From: an uncultured delta proteobacterium
Lineage (GTDB): Bacteria > Myxococcota_A > Polyangia > Polyangiales > Polyangiaceae
Length of the DNA stretch: 64,000 nucleotides
Reading direction: 5' to 3'
Assembly (NCBI GenBank): GCA_963806225.1
Contig: CAWDXG010000004.1
Coordinates: forward strand, 5,536,001 to 5,600,000
The stretch's first letter is position 1. Every line of letters begins with the position of its first letter. Shown here one piece after another: positions 23,581 to 37,700 of the stretch. A program made the translations under genes and the position numbers. The notes below the pieces were generated by a model that was not told the DNA's origin, did not search any database, and worked only from the letters and a program-made list of their open reading frames with translations.

Positions 23581-25673
23581 ATGGCACAGGATCTCCTGCT
23601 CGAGATCGGCGTGGAGGAGCTGCCTGCTTCCTTCGTCGCCGCGGCTGTCCAGGCGCTGCCTGGACTGCTGGAACGTCAGCTCACCGAGCTCCGGCTCGCG
23701 CACGGCGCGGTGCGCGCCGCGGGTACGCCACGGCGACTCGCGGTAATGGCGGACGCGGTCGCCGACAGCCAACCGGACCTCGACGAGCAGGTACAGGGAC
23801 CTCCTGCCCGCGTCGCGTACGACGCGGACGGCAAGCCCACCAAGGCGGCCACTAGCTTCGCGCAGAAGATCGGCTGCCCGGTTGAAGACCTGGTGCGGGT
23901 GGAGACGCCGAAAGGTGAATACGTGGCTGGTCGACGCCAGCAGAAGGGGGCGCCTGCCGCCGAGCTGCTCCCCGCGGCGCTGCAGTCCGTGTGCGAGAAA
24001 ATCCCGTTCAGGAAGTCGATGCGCTGGGGCGATGGCGAAACGGCTTTCGGGCGTCCCGTGCGCTGGCTGGTCGCTCTGTTCGGGGAGCAGGCGTTGTCGC
24101 TGTCGTTTGCCGGGATCAAGGGCGGGCGCAGCTCGCAGGGGCACCGATTCCTGGCCGGCGACCCGCTCGAGCTCGGAAGTCCGTCGAGCTACGTCGAGCA
24201 GCTGCGCGGCGCGCACGTGCTGGTCGACATCGACGAGCGGCGCCGGACGATGGTCGAACGGCTGGTCGACGCGGCGCGTCAGCTCGGCGGCGATCTCGAT
24301 CGAGGATGAGTTCCTGGTGGAAGAGAACAGCTCCCTGGTGGAGGAGCCCCATGTCGTCGTCGGGAGCTTCGACGAGGCCTTCCTCGAGCTGCCCGAGCGC
24401 GTCATCCTCGCGGTGGCCAAGGGCCACCAGCGCTACTTCGGCGTACGGGACGCCGGCGGCAAGCTGATGCCGCGCTACCTGGCTGTCGTGAACACGGCGC
24501 TCGACGCGGACAACGTGCGCCGCGGCAACGACCGGGTGATGCGTGCGCGGCTCGCCGACGCCAAGTTCTTCTACGACGAGGACCGGCGCACTCCGCTCGC
24601 CGACCGTCGCGAGGCGCTCGACGGCGTGGTGTTCCAGAAGCGGCTGGGCAGTGTGGGCGACAAGGTACGTCGCATCGAACGGCTGGTCGGCATCCTGGGT
24701 TCGAAGCTCGATCTCCCGGCTTCCACCATCCAGACCGCGGAGCAGGGCGCGGCGCTCTGCAAGTGCGATCTGGTGACGCTGATGGTGGGCGAGCTGCCGG
24801 AGCTGCAGGGCGAGATGGGGCGCGCCTATGCGCTCGTGCAGGGTGTGCCGGCTGCCGTGGCCGACGTGATCTCCGGGCACTACCAGCCCCGCGGAGCGGA
24901 CGATCCGACCGCTCCAGGGGATGCCGGGGCGCTGGTGGCGCTCGCGGATCGCCTGGATACGCTGGCAGGTTGCTTCGCCATCGGCTTGATGCCGACGGGA
25001 GCTGCCGATCCGCTGGCGCTGCGTCGCGCTGCGATCGGACTCCTCCGCACTCTGCTGGACAGGGGCTGGGATGTGGACCTCTCCAGCGCCGCCCGGGCCG
25101 CGCACGAAGGCTTCGAAGGGGTGAAGCTGGACCTGGACGCGGCTGCGACCGCGGAGCGCCTTTCCGGTTTCTTCCGGGACCGGCTCCGGGGCCTGCTTTC
25201 GGACCAGCTCCCGGCGGACGCCGTGGACGCCTGCCTGGCAGCGGGCGCCGACCGACCGTACGACGTGGTGCTCAGAGCCCGGGCGCTGGGTGCCATCGAC
25301 AGCGAGGTGCGCGCGCTCGGTCGGAGAGGTGTTCAAGCGTGCAGCGAACATCGCCCGGGACGCCCCATCAGGTGACCCGCTGCGGCCGGGGGAGGTCCAG
25401 GCCGAGGTCCACCCCTCCGAGCAGGCGCTGTTCGAGGCCCTGGAGACTCTCGAAAAAGAGCTGGCTGCAAGTGAGGAGCAGCAGGACTACGCTGTCGCTC
25501 TCGGCCGCATCGCCGCATTTGCTCCGGTGCTCGGCCGTTTCTTCGATGACGTGTTCGTCATGGTGGACGACACCGCGCTGCGCGAAAATCGCCTGCGGCT
25601 CATGCGGCGTATCCACCAGAGGTGCTCCAGCCTCGCGGACTTCAATCTCCTGGCGAAACGAAGCGACGCGTAG
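23581..25673 (+). CDS. glyS: Glycine-tRNA ligase beta subunit; two +1 frameshifts (near 24297 and 25313), probably assembly errors
   Basis: LLLEIGVEELP, TPRRL, KSMRWG, RPVRW; HQRYF, RARLADAKFF, ELPELQG, DPLALRR; FFDDVFVM...ENRL spread over three frames. Confidence 0.93.
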
Positions 25674-25712
25674 CAGCTGCACGCCGCGTGACCAACCAGA
25701 CGGAAATTCCCC

Positions 25713-28433
<2,721 letters not shown>

Positions 28434-28538
28434 CGCCCAGCGGCGGGCGGCCGGCGGGGCACCGGGGCCGGGAGCGCTGCCCCTCCCGAGGGGGCGAGGG
28501 CTCTCGCGAACCCCCCCGGTTTGTTGTATGCTTTCTCC

Positions 28539-28841
28539 GTGCCTCCGAAGGAGAACGGTCCGGGGAAGCTGCCTTCCTTTTCGCGCAGCGCGCGGGGAAT
28601 GCTCAGCAAGTCTGAAGACGCCGTGATCGACCGCGCCCGTGACAACTGCGAACAGGCGCCCGGGATCGGCGACGAAGCAGGCGGAGTGATCCTCGCCCAG
28701 CACTGCTCGCATGGCAGCCATGGTTCGCATGGTTCGCATGGCAGTCACGGTTCGCACGGTAGCCACGGCTCGCATGGCAGCCACGGCTCGCACGGTAGCC
28801 ACGGCTCGCACGGTAGCCACGGCTCGCACGGCTCCTGGTAG
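28539..28841 (+). CDS. His-Xaa-Ser repeat peptide (leader + HCS + 14x HGS + terminal W); putative RiPP precursor or metal-binding peptide
   Basis: 15 in-frame HxS triplets at 28701-28835 with synonymous codon variation; TATGCT 6 nt before GTG 28539; alternative ATG at 28599. Confidence 0.75.
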   Translation: MPPKENGPGKLPSFSRSARGMLSKSEDAVIDRARDNCEQAPGIGDEAGGVILAQHCSHGSHGSHGSHGSHGSHGSHGSHGSHGSHGSHGSHGSHGSHGSW

Positions 28842-28887
28842 CGATGTTCCCCTGCGCCGAGCGGACGCACGCGAGCGTGCCGCGTGC

Positions 28888-29292
28888 CTAGTGGCAGTTC
28901 TTGAAGTTCATCGTCGCGGTGATGTGATGTCCGCTGCCGGTGCAGTCCGCGCTTAGCGTGCCCTGCACGTTCTTGACGTCGTTCACCGTGCTGTTCTGCT
29001 CGGCCACGTTGATCGTGCCGCAGCCCTGACCGATCAGCGAGCCCGTCTTCGCACCCGGCTCGAACAGGAACGTGCGCAGGCTGCCGTTCTCGAGCGCTAC
29101 AAAGCGCAGCCGCCGCCCGGAGCCGTCCGTGAAATCGACGCCCGAGAATTTCGGCATGTTGGCCTGCCCGGAGCGGCACGCGCTCGGCTTGAAGGTGGTG
29201 CCGTCCACGTTGATGCTGCCGGAAAGCTTGGCCCGGCAGGCGAGCAATGCCCCCGCGACCATCACCAACCCCATGAAGATCGTACCCCGCAT
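28888..29292 (-). CDS. Small hypothetical lipoprotein
   Basis: Lipobox LLAC; beta-rich sequence with 4 further Cys. Confidence 0.7.
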   Translation of the reverse strand: MRGTIFMGLVMVAGALLACRAKLSGSINVDGTTFKPSACRSGQANMPKFSGVDFTDGSGRRLRFVALENGSLRTFLFEPGAKTGSLIGQGCGTINVAEQNSTVNDVKNVQGTLSADCTGSGHHITATMNFKNCH

Positions 29293-29338
29293 GGCGACGA
29301 GGATAACACGGCGCGGAAACGGGGTAGGATCGGATCCC

Positions 29339-30172
29339 ATGCCGCACAAACAAGCATTCTGGATGCTGTTCCTGGCCGGTGCTCTCTCATTGGGTTGTGG
29401 AAAGAGCCCGGTGAGCGGAGCCCACGATGCCGGCGGGGCGACCTGCCAGACGCTGTTCGGCTCGCCGAATACGTCGACCGGGCTGGACGCCCGCGCGTGC
29501 CGTCCGGAGTGCGCGTGCGGCGGCGACGCCTGGGCGCCACCGGGCTACACCCAGCAGCAGATCGACGCTCTGACGCAGCGGACCCTGCTCGATCCTCCCG
29601 CGCCGCTCGCGGACGATCCGTACACGCACCCGCAGGACTTCCCGGCGCACCCCGGCGAGGCGTGCGGTGTACTTCCCGACAAGTCCCAGCCGGACGCGTA
29701 TCGCCTGCAGACCTACGCGAGCGCGGATGCCGCAAAGCAGGCCGGCGCGACGCTGACGCACTATGGAGCGTGTGGTTTGTGCTCGCCCCTGGCCGATCTG
29801 GCCGTCTACATGAAGAACGACGACCTGACGGGCCCGGTGCGCACCTGCGCGCTCAAGGCCACGCCGGATGGTGGAGCCGGGGCCGCTATGGCGTGCCTGA
29901 TGGCGCTCGGCTTCGACCAGCCGTGCGCGCAGATCTGGTACTACAACGCACTCAACACGCGCGCGCACTGCCTATCGCCGTGTCTCGCCGATCTGTCCAA
30001 GCCGTACCAGAAGCCCGACGGCGCGCTCAACGACTGCCTGCAGTGCGACGAGGACCAGAGCGGCCCCGTCTTCAAGGCCGTTGCCGGACGCACCCGCCGC
30101 AGCTCGGGCCTCCCCTCCGCCATCTGCCGCCCCTGCTCGAGCGTCCGCCGCGTCGTGCACGTCTATCCGTGA
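29339..30172 (+). CDS. Cys-rich hypothetical lipoprotein
   Basis: Lipobox SLGC; HYGACGLCS, CAQIW, LNDCLQCDE, AGRTRRSSG..SAICRPC. Confidence 0.75.
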   Translation: MPHKQAFWMLFLAGALSLGCGKSPVSGAHDAGGATCQTLFGSPNTSTGLDARACRPECACGGDAWAPPGYTQQQIDALTQRTLLDPPAPLADDPYTHPQDFPAHPGEACGVLPDKSQPDAYRLQTYASADAAKQAGATLTHYGACGLCSPLADLAVYMKNDDLTGPVRTCALKATPDGGAGAAMACLMALGFDQPCAQIWYYNALNTRAHCLSPCLADLSKPYQKPDGALNDCLQCDEDQSGPVFKAVAGRTRRSSGLPSAICRPCSSVRRVVHVYP

Positions 30173-30182
30173 TCTCGGCGGC

Positions 30183-31463
30183 TCAGAGTCCCGCCAGCGC
30201 TTCCGACGCCGCGGTGATCGTCGCCTCGATGTCCGCCGGCGTGTGCGCCGCGGAGATGAAGGCGGTCTCGAACTGCGAGGGCGGCCAGTAGATGCCGCGT
30301 TCGAGCATGGCCTGGTGCCACTTGCCGAAGCGCTCGGTATTGCTGGCGCCCGCGTCCTTGAACGAGCGCACCGGCCCGTCGTGGAAGAACAGCGTCAGCA
30401 TGGAGCCGACGCGCTGCACGACGCCCGGCACCTTGTGCCCGGCCAGCGCGTTCTGAAGCCCCTGCTCGAGCATCGCGCCGCGCTCCTCGAGTTGGGAGTA
30501 TACGGCGGGCGTGAGCCGCTCGAGTGTCGCGAGCCCCGCGCTGGTTGCGAGCGGATTGCCGCTCAGCGTGCCCGCCTGGTAGACGGGGCCAAGCGGCGCG
30601 ATCTTCTGCATCACGTCGGCGCGCCCGCCGTAGACGGCGAGCGGCATGCCGCCGCCGACGATCTTGCCCAGGCAGGTGAGGTCCGGCGTCATGCCGTAGC
30701 GCTCCTGCGCGCCGCCGCGCGCCACGCGGAAGCCCGTCATCACCTCGTCGAAGATGCTGAGCGCGCCGTGCGCCTTGCACAGCCGCACGATCGCTTCGAG
30801 GAAGCCCGGCTCCGGCGGCACGCAGCCCATGTTGCCCGCCACCGGCTCGACGATGACCGCCGCGATGCGCGCGCCGTCGCGCTGGAACAGCTTTTCCAGC
30901 GCCGCCGCGTCGTTGTAGCCGACGGTGGCGGTGTTCGCGACCATGGGCTTGGGCACGCCGGCCGAGTCGGGCGCGCCGAACGTCGCCGCGCCGCTGCCCG
31001 CCTTGATGAGCAGAGCGTCCGAGTGGCCGTGGTAGGCGCCGTCGAACTTGACGATCACGTCGCGGCCCGTGAAGCCGCGCGCCACCCTGAGCGCGCTCAT
31101 CGTCGCCTCGGTGCCGCTGGAGACGCAGCGCAACATCTCGATCGACGGGTAGCGGTCGATCACGGCCTCGGCGAAGCGCACCTCGAGCTCGGTCGGTGCG
31201 CCGAACGACAGGCCCCGCGCCGCGGCGTGCTGCACCACCTCCACCACCTTGTCGTGCGCGTGGCCGAGGATGGCCGGACCCCACGAGCCGACGTAGTCGA
31301 TGTACTCGCGGCCGTCCGCCCCCGTGATGCGCGAGCCCTTGGCCTTCGTCACGAACACCGGGTGCCCGCCCACTGCGCGGAACGCGCGCACCGGGCTGTT
31401 CACGCCGCCCGGCATCAGCCGCTCGGCCCGTGTCATCAACTGCTCGGAAACCTTGTCGCTCAT
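30183..31463 (-). CDS. hemL: Glutamate-1-semialdehyde 2,1-aminomutase
   Basis: PGGVNSPVRAF, SGTEATM, FDEVMTGFR, GKIVGGG, QAGTLSGNP, PSQFE. Confidence 0.97.
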   Translation of the reverse strand: MSDKVSEQLMTRAERLMPGGVNSPVRAFRAVGGHPVFVTKAKGSRITGADGREYIDYVGSWGPAILGHAHDKVVEVVQHAAARGLSFGAPTELEVRFAEAVIDRYPSIEMLRCVSSGTEATMSALRVARGFTGRDVIVKFDGAYHGHSDALLIKAGSGAATFGAPDSAGVPKPMVANTATVGYNDAAALEKLFQRDGARIAAVIVEPVAGNMGCVPPEPGFLEAIVRLCKAHGALSIFDEVMTGFRVARGGAQERYGMTPDLTCLGKIVGGGMPLAVYGGRADVMQKIAPLGPVYQAGTLSGNPLATSAGLATLERLTPAVYSQLEERGAMLEQGLQNALAGHKVPGVVQRVGSMLTLFFHDGPVRSFKDAGASNTERFGKWHQAMLERGIYWPPSQFETAFISAAHTPADIEATITAASEALAGL

Positions 31464-31540
31464 GGCCGGCGTTCTACATGACCGCCCCGCATGCCGCCAC
31501 CGCGTCTGTCATGAGCCGCCGGGCCGGGCGGTGCGAGCGT

Positions 31541-32077
31541 TCAGTGGCCGACCGTGACCTTCCGGTCGTACGAGTCGTAGCCGGTCGGCATCGCCACGTG
31601 GACGCTGTACGCGCCCGGCGCGAGTCCCGATACCGTGACGCGCTGGTGGACCATGCTCGCGCACGACGTGCGCGTGGACGAGTGGTTCTCGTCCAACAGT
31701 TGGACCGTGACGCGGCCGGGTCCGGCGCGGTGCGCCCGCCACACCCACTGCCCGTCGCAGGCCAGCCCTTCGATCATGTCGACGACCAGTCCGCCTTTCG
31801 TCGCTGTCAGGTCCAGCTTGGACGGCGCCTCGCCGGGCATCGGCGCTTCCAGATTCTCGGTGTGCACGGCGAGCGCACCCGAGCCCGGCGCTGCGGGGCC
31901 GGGCTGAGCTGCGGGTGGCGCGGTCGCATGCGATGCCGACGGGGAAGAGCTGTGCGAGTCGTGCTGCGGGGCCGGCGGCTCTTCCGCGCGCGGTGCGGGC
32001 GACGCGCTCTTGTGGCATCCCTGCGCGCCCAGCATGAGCATCGTGGCGAGCGCTGCCGTGGTGTTGCGGCGGAGCAT
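31541..32077 (-). CDS. Hypothetical lipoprotein
   Basis: Leader ending AQGC, Pro/Ser linker, small beta domain with two Cys. Confidence 0.6.
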   Translation of the reverse strand: MLRRNTTAALATMLMLGAQGCHKSASPAPRAEEPPAPQHDSHSSSPSASHATAPPAAQPGPAAPGSGALAVHTENLEAPMPGEAPSKLDLTATKGGLVVDMIEGLACDGQWVWRAHRAGPGRVTVQLLDENHSSTRTSCASMVHQRVTVSGLAPGAYSVHVAMPTGYDSYDRKVTVGH

Positions 32078-32155
32078 TCTCCAAGGATAACGCGCTTGAG
32101 CGTTGTCATGTGGTGGGCCTTTGATCCAGCCAAGAAGATGGCGCATGATCCAGCC

Positions 32156-32719
32156 ATGCATATGCGCACTGCTTTCTGGGCCCTTGCCGCTTCCGCTATC
32201 CTGTTCGGGTTCACCCCGGCGTGCTCGAGTAGCTCGAGCACGAAAAATAGCGGAGGCAGCGGTGGCAGCGCCGGTTCGGGCACGGGCGGCAGCGCCGGCT
32301 CCGGTACCGGCGGTTCCGCCGGCACGGGCGGCACCGCCGGCACGGGCGGCACCGCGGGCGGCGGCACGGGCGGCACTGCGGGTTCGGGTACGGGCGGCAC
32401 GGGCGGCACTGCGGGTTCGGGTACGGGCGGCACGGGCGGCACTGCGGGTTCGGGTACGGGCGGCACGGGCGGCAGCGCCGGCGCTTCGGGCGATGCGGGC
32501 GGCCCCTTCGTCTGTGGAGGCAGCGCCCAGTGCAACCCCGGACAGCTGTGCGTGAAGAAGGCGGGTGGCGCCGGCTTCAGCTACTCCTGCCAGGACAATC
32601 CCTGCGGCAGCCAGCCGCTGAGCTGCTCCTGTGCCGGCTCCCTGTGCGGCGGATCGCCGTACCAGTGCACGGCAGCCAAGGGCCGCAACGTGACCTGCGA
32701 CTGCCCAACCTGCGCCTGA
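32156..32719 (+). CDS. Gly-rich lipoprotein with C-terminal Cys-rich domain
   Basis: Leader ending TPAC; GTGGT/AGSG repeats at about 32260-32480; 12 Cys in the last ~70 aa. Confidence 0.7.
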   Translation: MHMRTAFWALAASAILFGFTPACSSSSSTKNSGGSGGSAGSGTGGSAGSGTGGSAGTGGTAGTGGTAGGGTGGTAGSGTGGTGGTAGSGTGGTGGTAGSGTGGTGGSAGASGDAGGPFVCGGSAQCNPGQLCVKKAGGAGFSYSCQDNPCGSQPLSCSCAGSLCGGSPYQCTAAKGRNVTCDCPTCA

Positions 32720-32732
32720 TACAGCCGCCCTG

Positions 32733-34752
32733 CTATCCGGCGAGCCCCAGCCGTTCCAGCAGCGCTTCCAGCCGCGGCTCGCGGCCCATGAAGTCGATGA
32801 AGAGCTGCATCGGGTCGCGACTGTCGCCCTTCGACAGCAGCCGCTCGCGGAACTCGCGGCCGACGTCGGCGTTGAAAAGGCCCTCGTCGCGGAAGCGCGT
32901 GAACGCGTCGGCGTCGAGCACCTCGGCCCACTTGTAGGAGTAGTAGCCGGCGGCGTAGCCGACCGGGTGCGAGAAGAGGTGGGCGAAGCTGGCGACCATC
33001 GCGTAGTCGTCGGGCAGCGGGGTGGGGGAGTAGTCGGCGAGGATGTCGCGCGCGTAGCGCATCACGTCGCCGTCGCGTTCCGGGTCGTAGTCGACGTGCA
33101 GGGCGAGATCGACGGCCGCGAAGCCGAGCTGGCGCATCTGCGCATACGCGGCGCGGTAGGTGCGTACGCGACGCAGCCGCTCGACCAGCCCGGCGGGGAT
33201 CGGTTCACCACTTTCGTGGTGGCGGGCAAAAAGATCGAGCCCTTCCTTCTCGCCGACCCAATTCTCCATGATCTGCGAGGGCAGCTCGACGAAGTCGCTG
33301 GCGACGCGTGTGCAGGCCAGGCTCTTGACAGGCACGCGGCTCAGGCAGTGGTGCAGGAGGTGACCGAACTCGTGGAACAGCGTCTCCACCTCGCGGTGGG
33401 TGAGCAGGGCCGGCCGGTCGCCGACGGGCGGCGTGGCGTTCGAGCAGATGAGCGCCAGGTGCGGCGCCGGCGGCACCGAGGCGATGAGACCGTGCATCCA
33501 CGCGCCGCCCGTCTTGTTGTCGCGCGGGTACAGGTCGGCGTAGAAGAGGGCCAGCTCCGTGCCGTCGGCGTCGGTGATGCGATAGGCGTTGACGGCTTTG
33601 TCCCACGCTTCAACGCCTTCGCGCGCCTCGATGCGGATGCCGTAGAGTCGCTCCGCCGTGGCGAACAGCCCTTCCAGCACGCGCTGGGCCGGGAAGTAGC
33701 GCGCGGAGTTCCTCCTCATCGAGCTGGAAGCGCGCCTTCCTGAGCTTCTCGGAGTAGTACGCCACGTCCCATGGCTCGAGCCGCGGTGCGTCGGCACCCT
33801 CCAGCTCGCGGCGGAATGCCTCGAGCTCGGCGTTCTCGCGCTCGAAGGCGGGGCGCGTGCGCTCGGTGAGATCCCGCACGAACTCGCGCGCGCGGTCGGC
33901 GCTCTTTGCCATGCGGTCTTCCAGCACCAGATCCGCGAAGCTCGAGAAGCCGAGCAGGCTGGCCTTCTCGCGCCGGAGCTCGAGGATGCGCGCCACGAGC
34001 GGGCGGTTGTCGAACGCTCCCTGTGCCGTGCGGCGGTCCTGTGCGCGCCAGAGCTGCTCGCGGATCGAGGCATCGTCCAGATAGGTGAGCGCGGCGATGA
34101 GGCTCGGCGCCTGCAGCGTGAAGCGGTAGCCCTCGAGGCCCTTCTGCTTCGCACTTTCGCGGGCCGCCGCGCGCGCCGACCCGGGCAGGCCGGCGAGGCG
34201 CGACTCGTCGTCGAGCACCAGATCGAACGCGGCCGTCGCGTCGAGCACGTTCTGCGAGAACTTCGTGGTCAGCTCGCTGAGCTCGCGGTCGAGGGCGGCT
34301 AGCTGCTTCTTCCTGTCGGGCGGAAGCTCGGCGCCGTGGCGGCGGAACTCGTCCAGGGTCTTGTCGAGGAAGCGGCGGCGCGTGGGGTCGAGGCCCGTGG
34401 CTTCCGGCGTTCCGGCAAATTCCCTCAGTGCCTGCCAGACGCCGCTGTGCAGCGGGATACCGCTGAAGAAGGCACTGACGCGCGGCAATACTGCGTTGTG
34501 CGCCTGGCGCAGCTCCGGCGTGCTCGCGACGTTCTCGAGGTGCTCGACGATGCCCATCGCGACTTCCAGGCCCTCCGTCGCCTGCTCCAGCGCGCCCAGG
34601 GTGCCGTCGTAGGTGCGCGGTGCGGTGGCCATGGCATCGAGCCCGGCCTGCGCGCGTTCGAGCAGCTCGTCTATGCCTGGTTCGACGTGTTCGGCGTGGA
34701 TGCGGTCGAACGGAATGTCGACACGGACCTCCAGGAGGGGATTTTTCATCAT
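32733..34752 (-). CDS. prlC: M3 family oligopeptidase A; one +1 frameshift near 33701
   Basis: NPLL...IPFDRI, PWDVAYYSEKLR, GGAWM, TLFHEFGH, DFVELPSQIMENW, GYAAGYYSYKWAE. Confidence 0.9.
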
Positions 34753-37700
34753 TGTTGCACTCGCCGCGCGCGATCGGTGAGCACGGCCCGCCACGCTTCG
34801 ATGCGGCTCTGCGCGTGCAAGGGCCATGGAAACCTGGCCAGGCGTGCGAGAAGGTGTGGCGTATGGTCGCCGGCCCGCAGGCGGTTTCCGAACACGTCCG
34901 AGGCGTCTTCGATCATGTCGAACGCCTTGTCCAGATCGCCGCTTTCCACATGGAGCCAGGCTTGTGTCATGAGGTAGTGCTGGCGTGGTTCAGCCTCTTC
35001 GACCTGGAGCCGCGCGCACCCTTCGAGCAGCTGCGCCGCCGTTTCGACGTTGTGGCGGCAGAGTGCAACCTGGCAGTGCAGGAGCGCCGCTTCGAGCTCG
35101 CCCCACGGGTCGCCCATCTGGGCATAGATGGTCGCGGCGCGGCTGGCGTGCAGCTCGGCCATGTCCAGGTCGTCGGTGTCGATGCCGATCATCGCGAGCA
35201 GCCGCTCCGACCCGCCCTGGCCGCGCGGCGTGCGGAGCGCGTCGAACGCGCCGAGCGCGTCCATGGCCCCCGCCTCCGCGCTCTGGAAGTTCATCAGCCG
35301 GTGTTCAACGTGCGCTAGCGACACGTCCGCCTGTGCGATACCGAGCCGGTATCCGGCCTTCTCGAACTCCGCGCGGGCCCGGAGCGTCAGACGGCGCGAG
35401 CGTGCAGTGGCGCCTTCGGAGTGATCGATCCAGCTGAGGAGCAGCAGGCACTGCCCCCGGCCCAGCGGTTGGCGGATCTCGTTGAAATGGGCTTCGCCCG
35501 CTTCCACAACCTGCCGGGCGCGCTCGTAGTTGCCCAGCAGGTACTCGATCTCGCCGACCACGGCCTCGCACTGGGCCATGCCGAGCACGTTGCCCTGTTG
35601 CTCGAAGAGCTGGTGTGCCAGATCCACCAGCAAGAGCCCTTCCGCGGAAGTGCCCTTCTCGCTGGCGAGGTGCCCGAGCAGGCGCATGCAGTGAGCGAGA
35701 TTGTCCTGATCACCCAGCTCCTCGAAGGTGGTGCGCGCGATGTCGGCGTGGGTGATCGCTTCCTCGGTGCGACCGACGTGGCGCAGCGCTTCGGCCTGCC
35801 AGCGGTGCTTGAGCGCCAGCGAACGGCCCTGCAGGTGCCCCTTGAGGAGCTCGAGGTCGGCGAGCGTGGCCAGCGGCTCGCGCGCGCCGTGCCACGCACG
35901 CGCGAGGAAGTCGAACAGCAGCTGTGCCGCGTTGTCCGGCTCGCCGGCGTTGAGCAGATTGACGACGCGCTGACGGACCACCCGGCGGGTGCTCGCCAGA
36001 GGATGGTGGGTGAGCGCGTCGGCGGCGGCGCGGAAGACGCTCCGCTGGTCGCTGCGCGCGGACAGGCCCGCGAGCAGATGCTCCTGCAACAGAGCGTGCG
36101 GCCAGCCGTAGCGCCCCGGCCCGCGCGGCAGGATGATCTCGGCGTTCTGCAGGCTGATGATGCAGGCGTCGGCCGGCAGCCCGAGCGTGGTGAGCAGAGC
36201 GTGCAGCACCTCGCGGCGGATGTCGCCGCCCAGGGTGGCGGTTGCATAGGCGGCCGGGCGCTGCTCCTCGGGCATGGCGGAGACGCGGCTGTCCCACAGC
36301 TCGGCGGTGGTCTGCGGGCGCAGAGCCAGGATCTCGGGTGGCACGCGGTACAGGCCGTTGACGAGCTCCAGATTGCCGGCCAGCGCCCAGGCGTGCAGCT
36401 GCTGCAACGCGAACAGCGGATTGCCGCGGCTGCGGCGCGCCGCTTCACGTGCGGCGGTCTCGTCCAGCGGCAGCGACGCCTGCAGAAGCGAGGTGGTGGT
36501 CTCGGGGTCCATCGCGGCGATCTCCACCACGTCCCCGTCGAGCACTTCGCGCAGCTGGCGCAGTCGATCGGCCGCTGGGGTCCCAAGCTGGACGTCCTCG
36601 GCGCGCACGGTGGCGACCATGACGATGCGCTGATCCGGATCGTGCTCGTGCAGGCGCAGGAGCCCCTCGAAAGTCGTCTGGCCGGCATGGTGCAGATCGT
36701 CGAGCCAGAACAGGAGCGGCCGCCCGCGCGATATGCGGCGGAGCGTGTAGCGATGCACCTGGCGGCGGGTCTCGAGCGTGTCGAGCGTGAAACGGAGTCC
36801 GCTCGGTCCAACCTCGGAACCCGGCTGCGCCGGCCTGAGCCACTCGGCGGCGCCGGCGACCCAGGCGCGGCCGTTCTTGTCGTCCTTCTTGACCTTCCAG
36901 CGCGAGAGGAGCGACCGCTCGATGGTGTCGCGATCCGTGCGCTCGAAGCTGTAGTACTGCGTGACCGCGCCGAGCATGCCGTCGAGTGGCGTGCGCATGC
37001 GGCGGTAACGAGCGCGCAGCGGGATCATCGTGCCCTCTTCATGCACGACCCCGCACAGCCACTCGGCGATGCGGCTCTTGCCCGCTCCAGCGGGGCCCAC
37101 CAGGAGCACCAATCGGTGTGTCGGTCCCCGGCCCTCGGCCACGTCGTTGCACACGTCGCTGAGCAGGCGGCGCACGTCGTCGCGGCCGACGAGCGGGCTC
37201 GGACGCATGCTGAGCAGCCCAGGAGCCCGCTCGGGCTTTGCTGCGAGTTGAGGATTCGGTCCGTGCGCGCCGGTCTTGCGCGTCGTGGCGGCCTTGTTCG
37301 CCCCTGCAGCGTGGGAGAGTGCGGGGAACCGCCAGACCTCGGGATCCACACTGGCGTCGGGGCGGAAACGCGCCCATTCCGTGCGCGCTTCGGCGGCGAA
37401 CTCCCAGCGGTCCCAGGGGCGCTTGGCGAGCATGCGGTGCACGAAGCCGACCACCTCGGCGGGCGCGTCGATGGCGAGCTCGAGCGGCGGGACGCGATCG
37501 AAGGCGTGCTGCCGGAGCAGCGCCTTCGGATCGCCGTGGAACGGCGAGCGTCCGCCCAACAGCTTGTACAGGATGCAGCCCAGCGAGTAGATGTCCGTCG
37601 GACCGCAGACGTGGTGCATCTCGTGCTGGATCTGCTCCGGCGCCATGTAGCCTGGTGTTCCGGCGCCCGCGTGGGGCGCGAACTCCATCGAACTTCTCTC

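Noticed and set aside
23316..23581. Absence of glyQ before glyS
   Set aside because: Separated glyQ and glyS occur in many bacteria; cannot be judged from one window
23581..25673. glyS pseudogene or programmed frameshifting
   Set aside because: Essential gene with intact motifs, no slippery heptamer, and the same +1 pattern as four unrelated genes
28434..28520. Intrinsic terminator after ppdK
   Set aside because: GC-rich hairpins can be drawn (e.g. GCCCCTC/GAGGGGGC) but no U-tract directly follows a clear stem
28701..28835. HGS tract as a non-coding microsatellite, or alternative-frame ORFs (VRAVAT, CEPWLP, ATARM)
   Set aside because: Substitutions are synonymous in the HGS frame, favouring that reading
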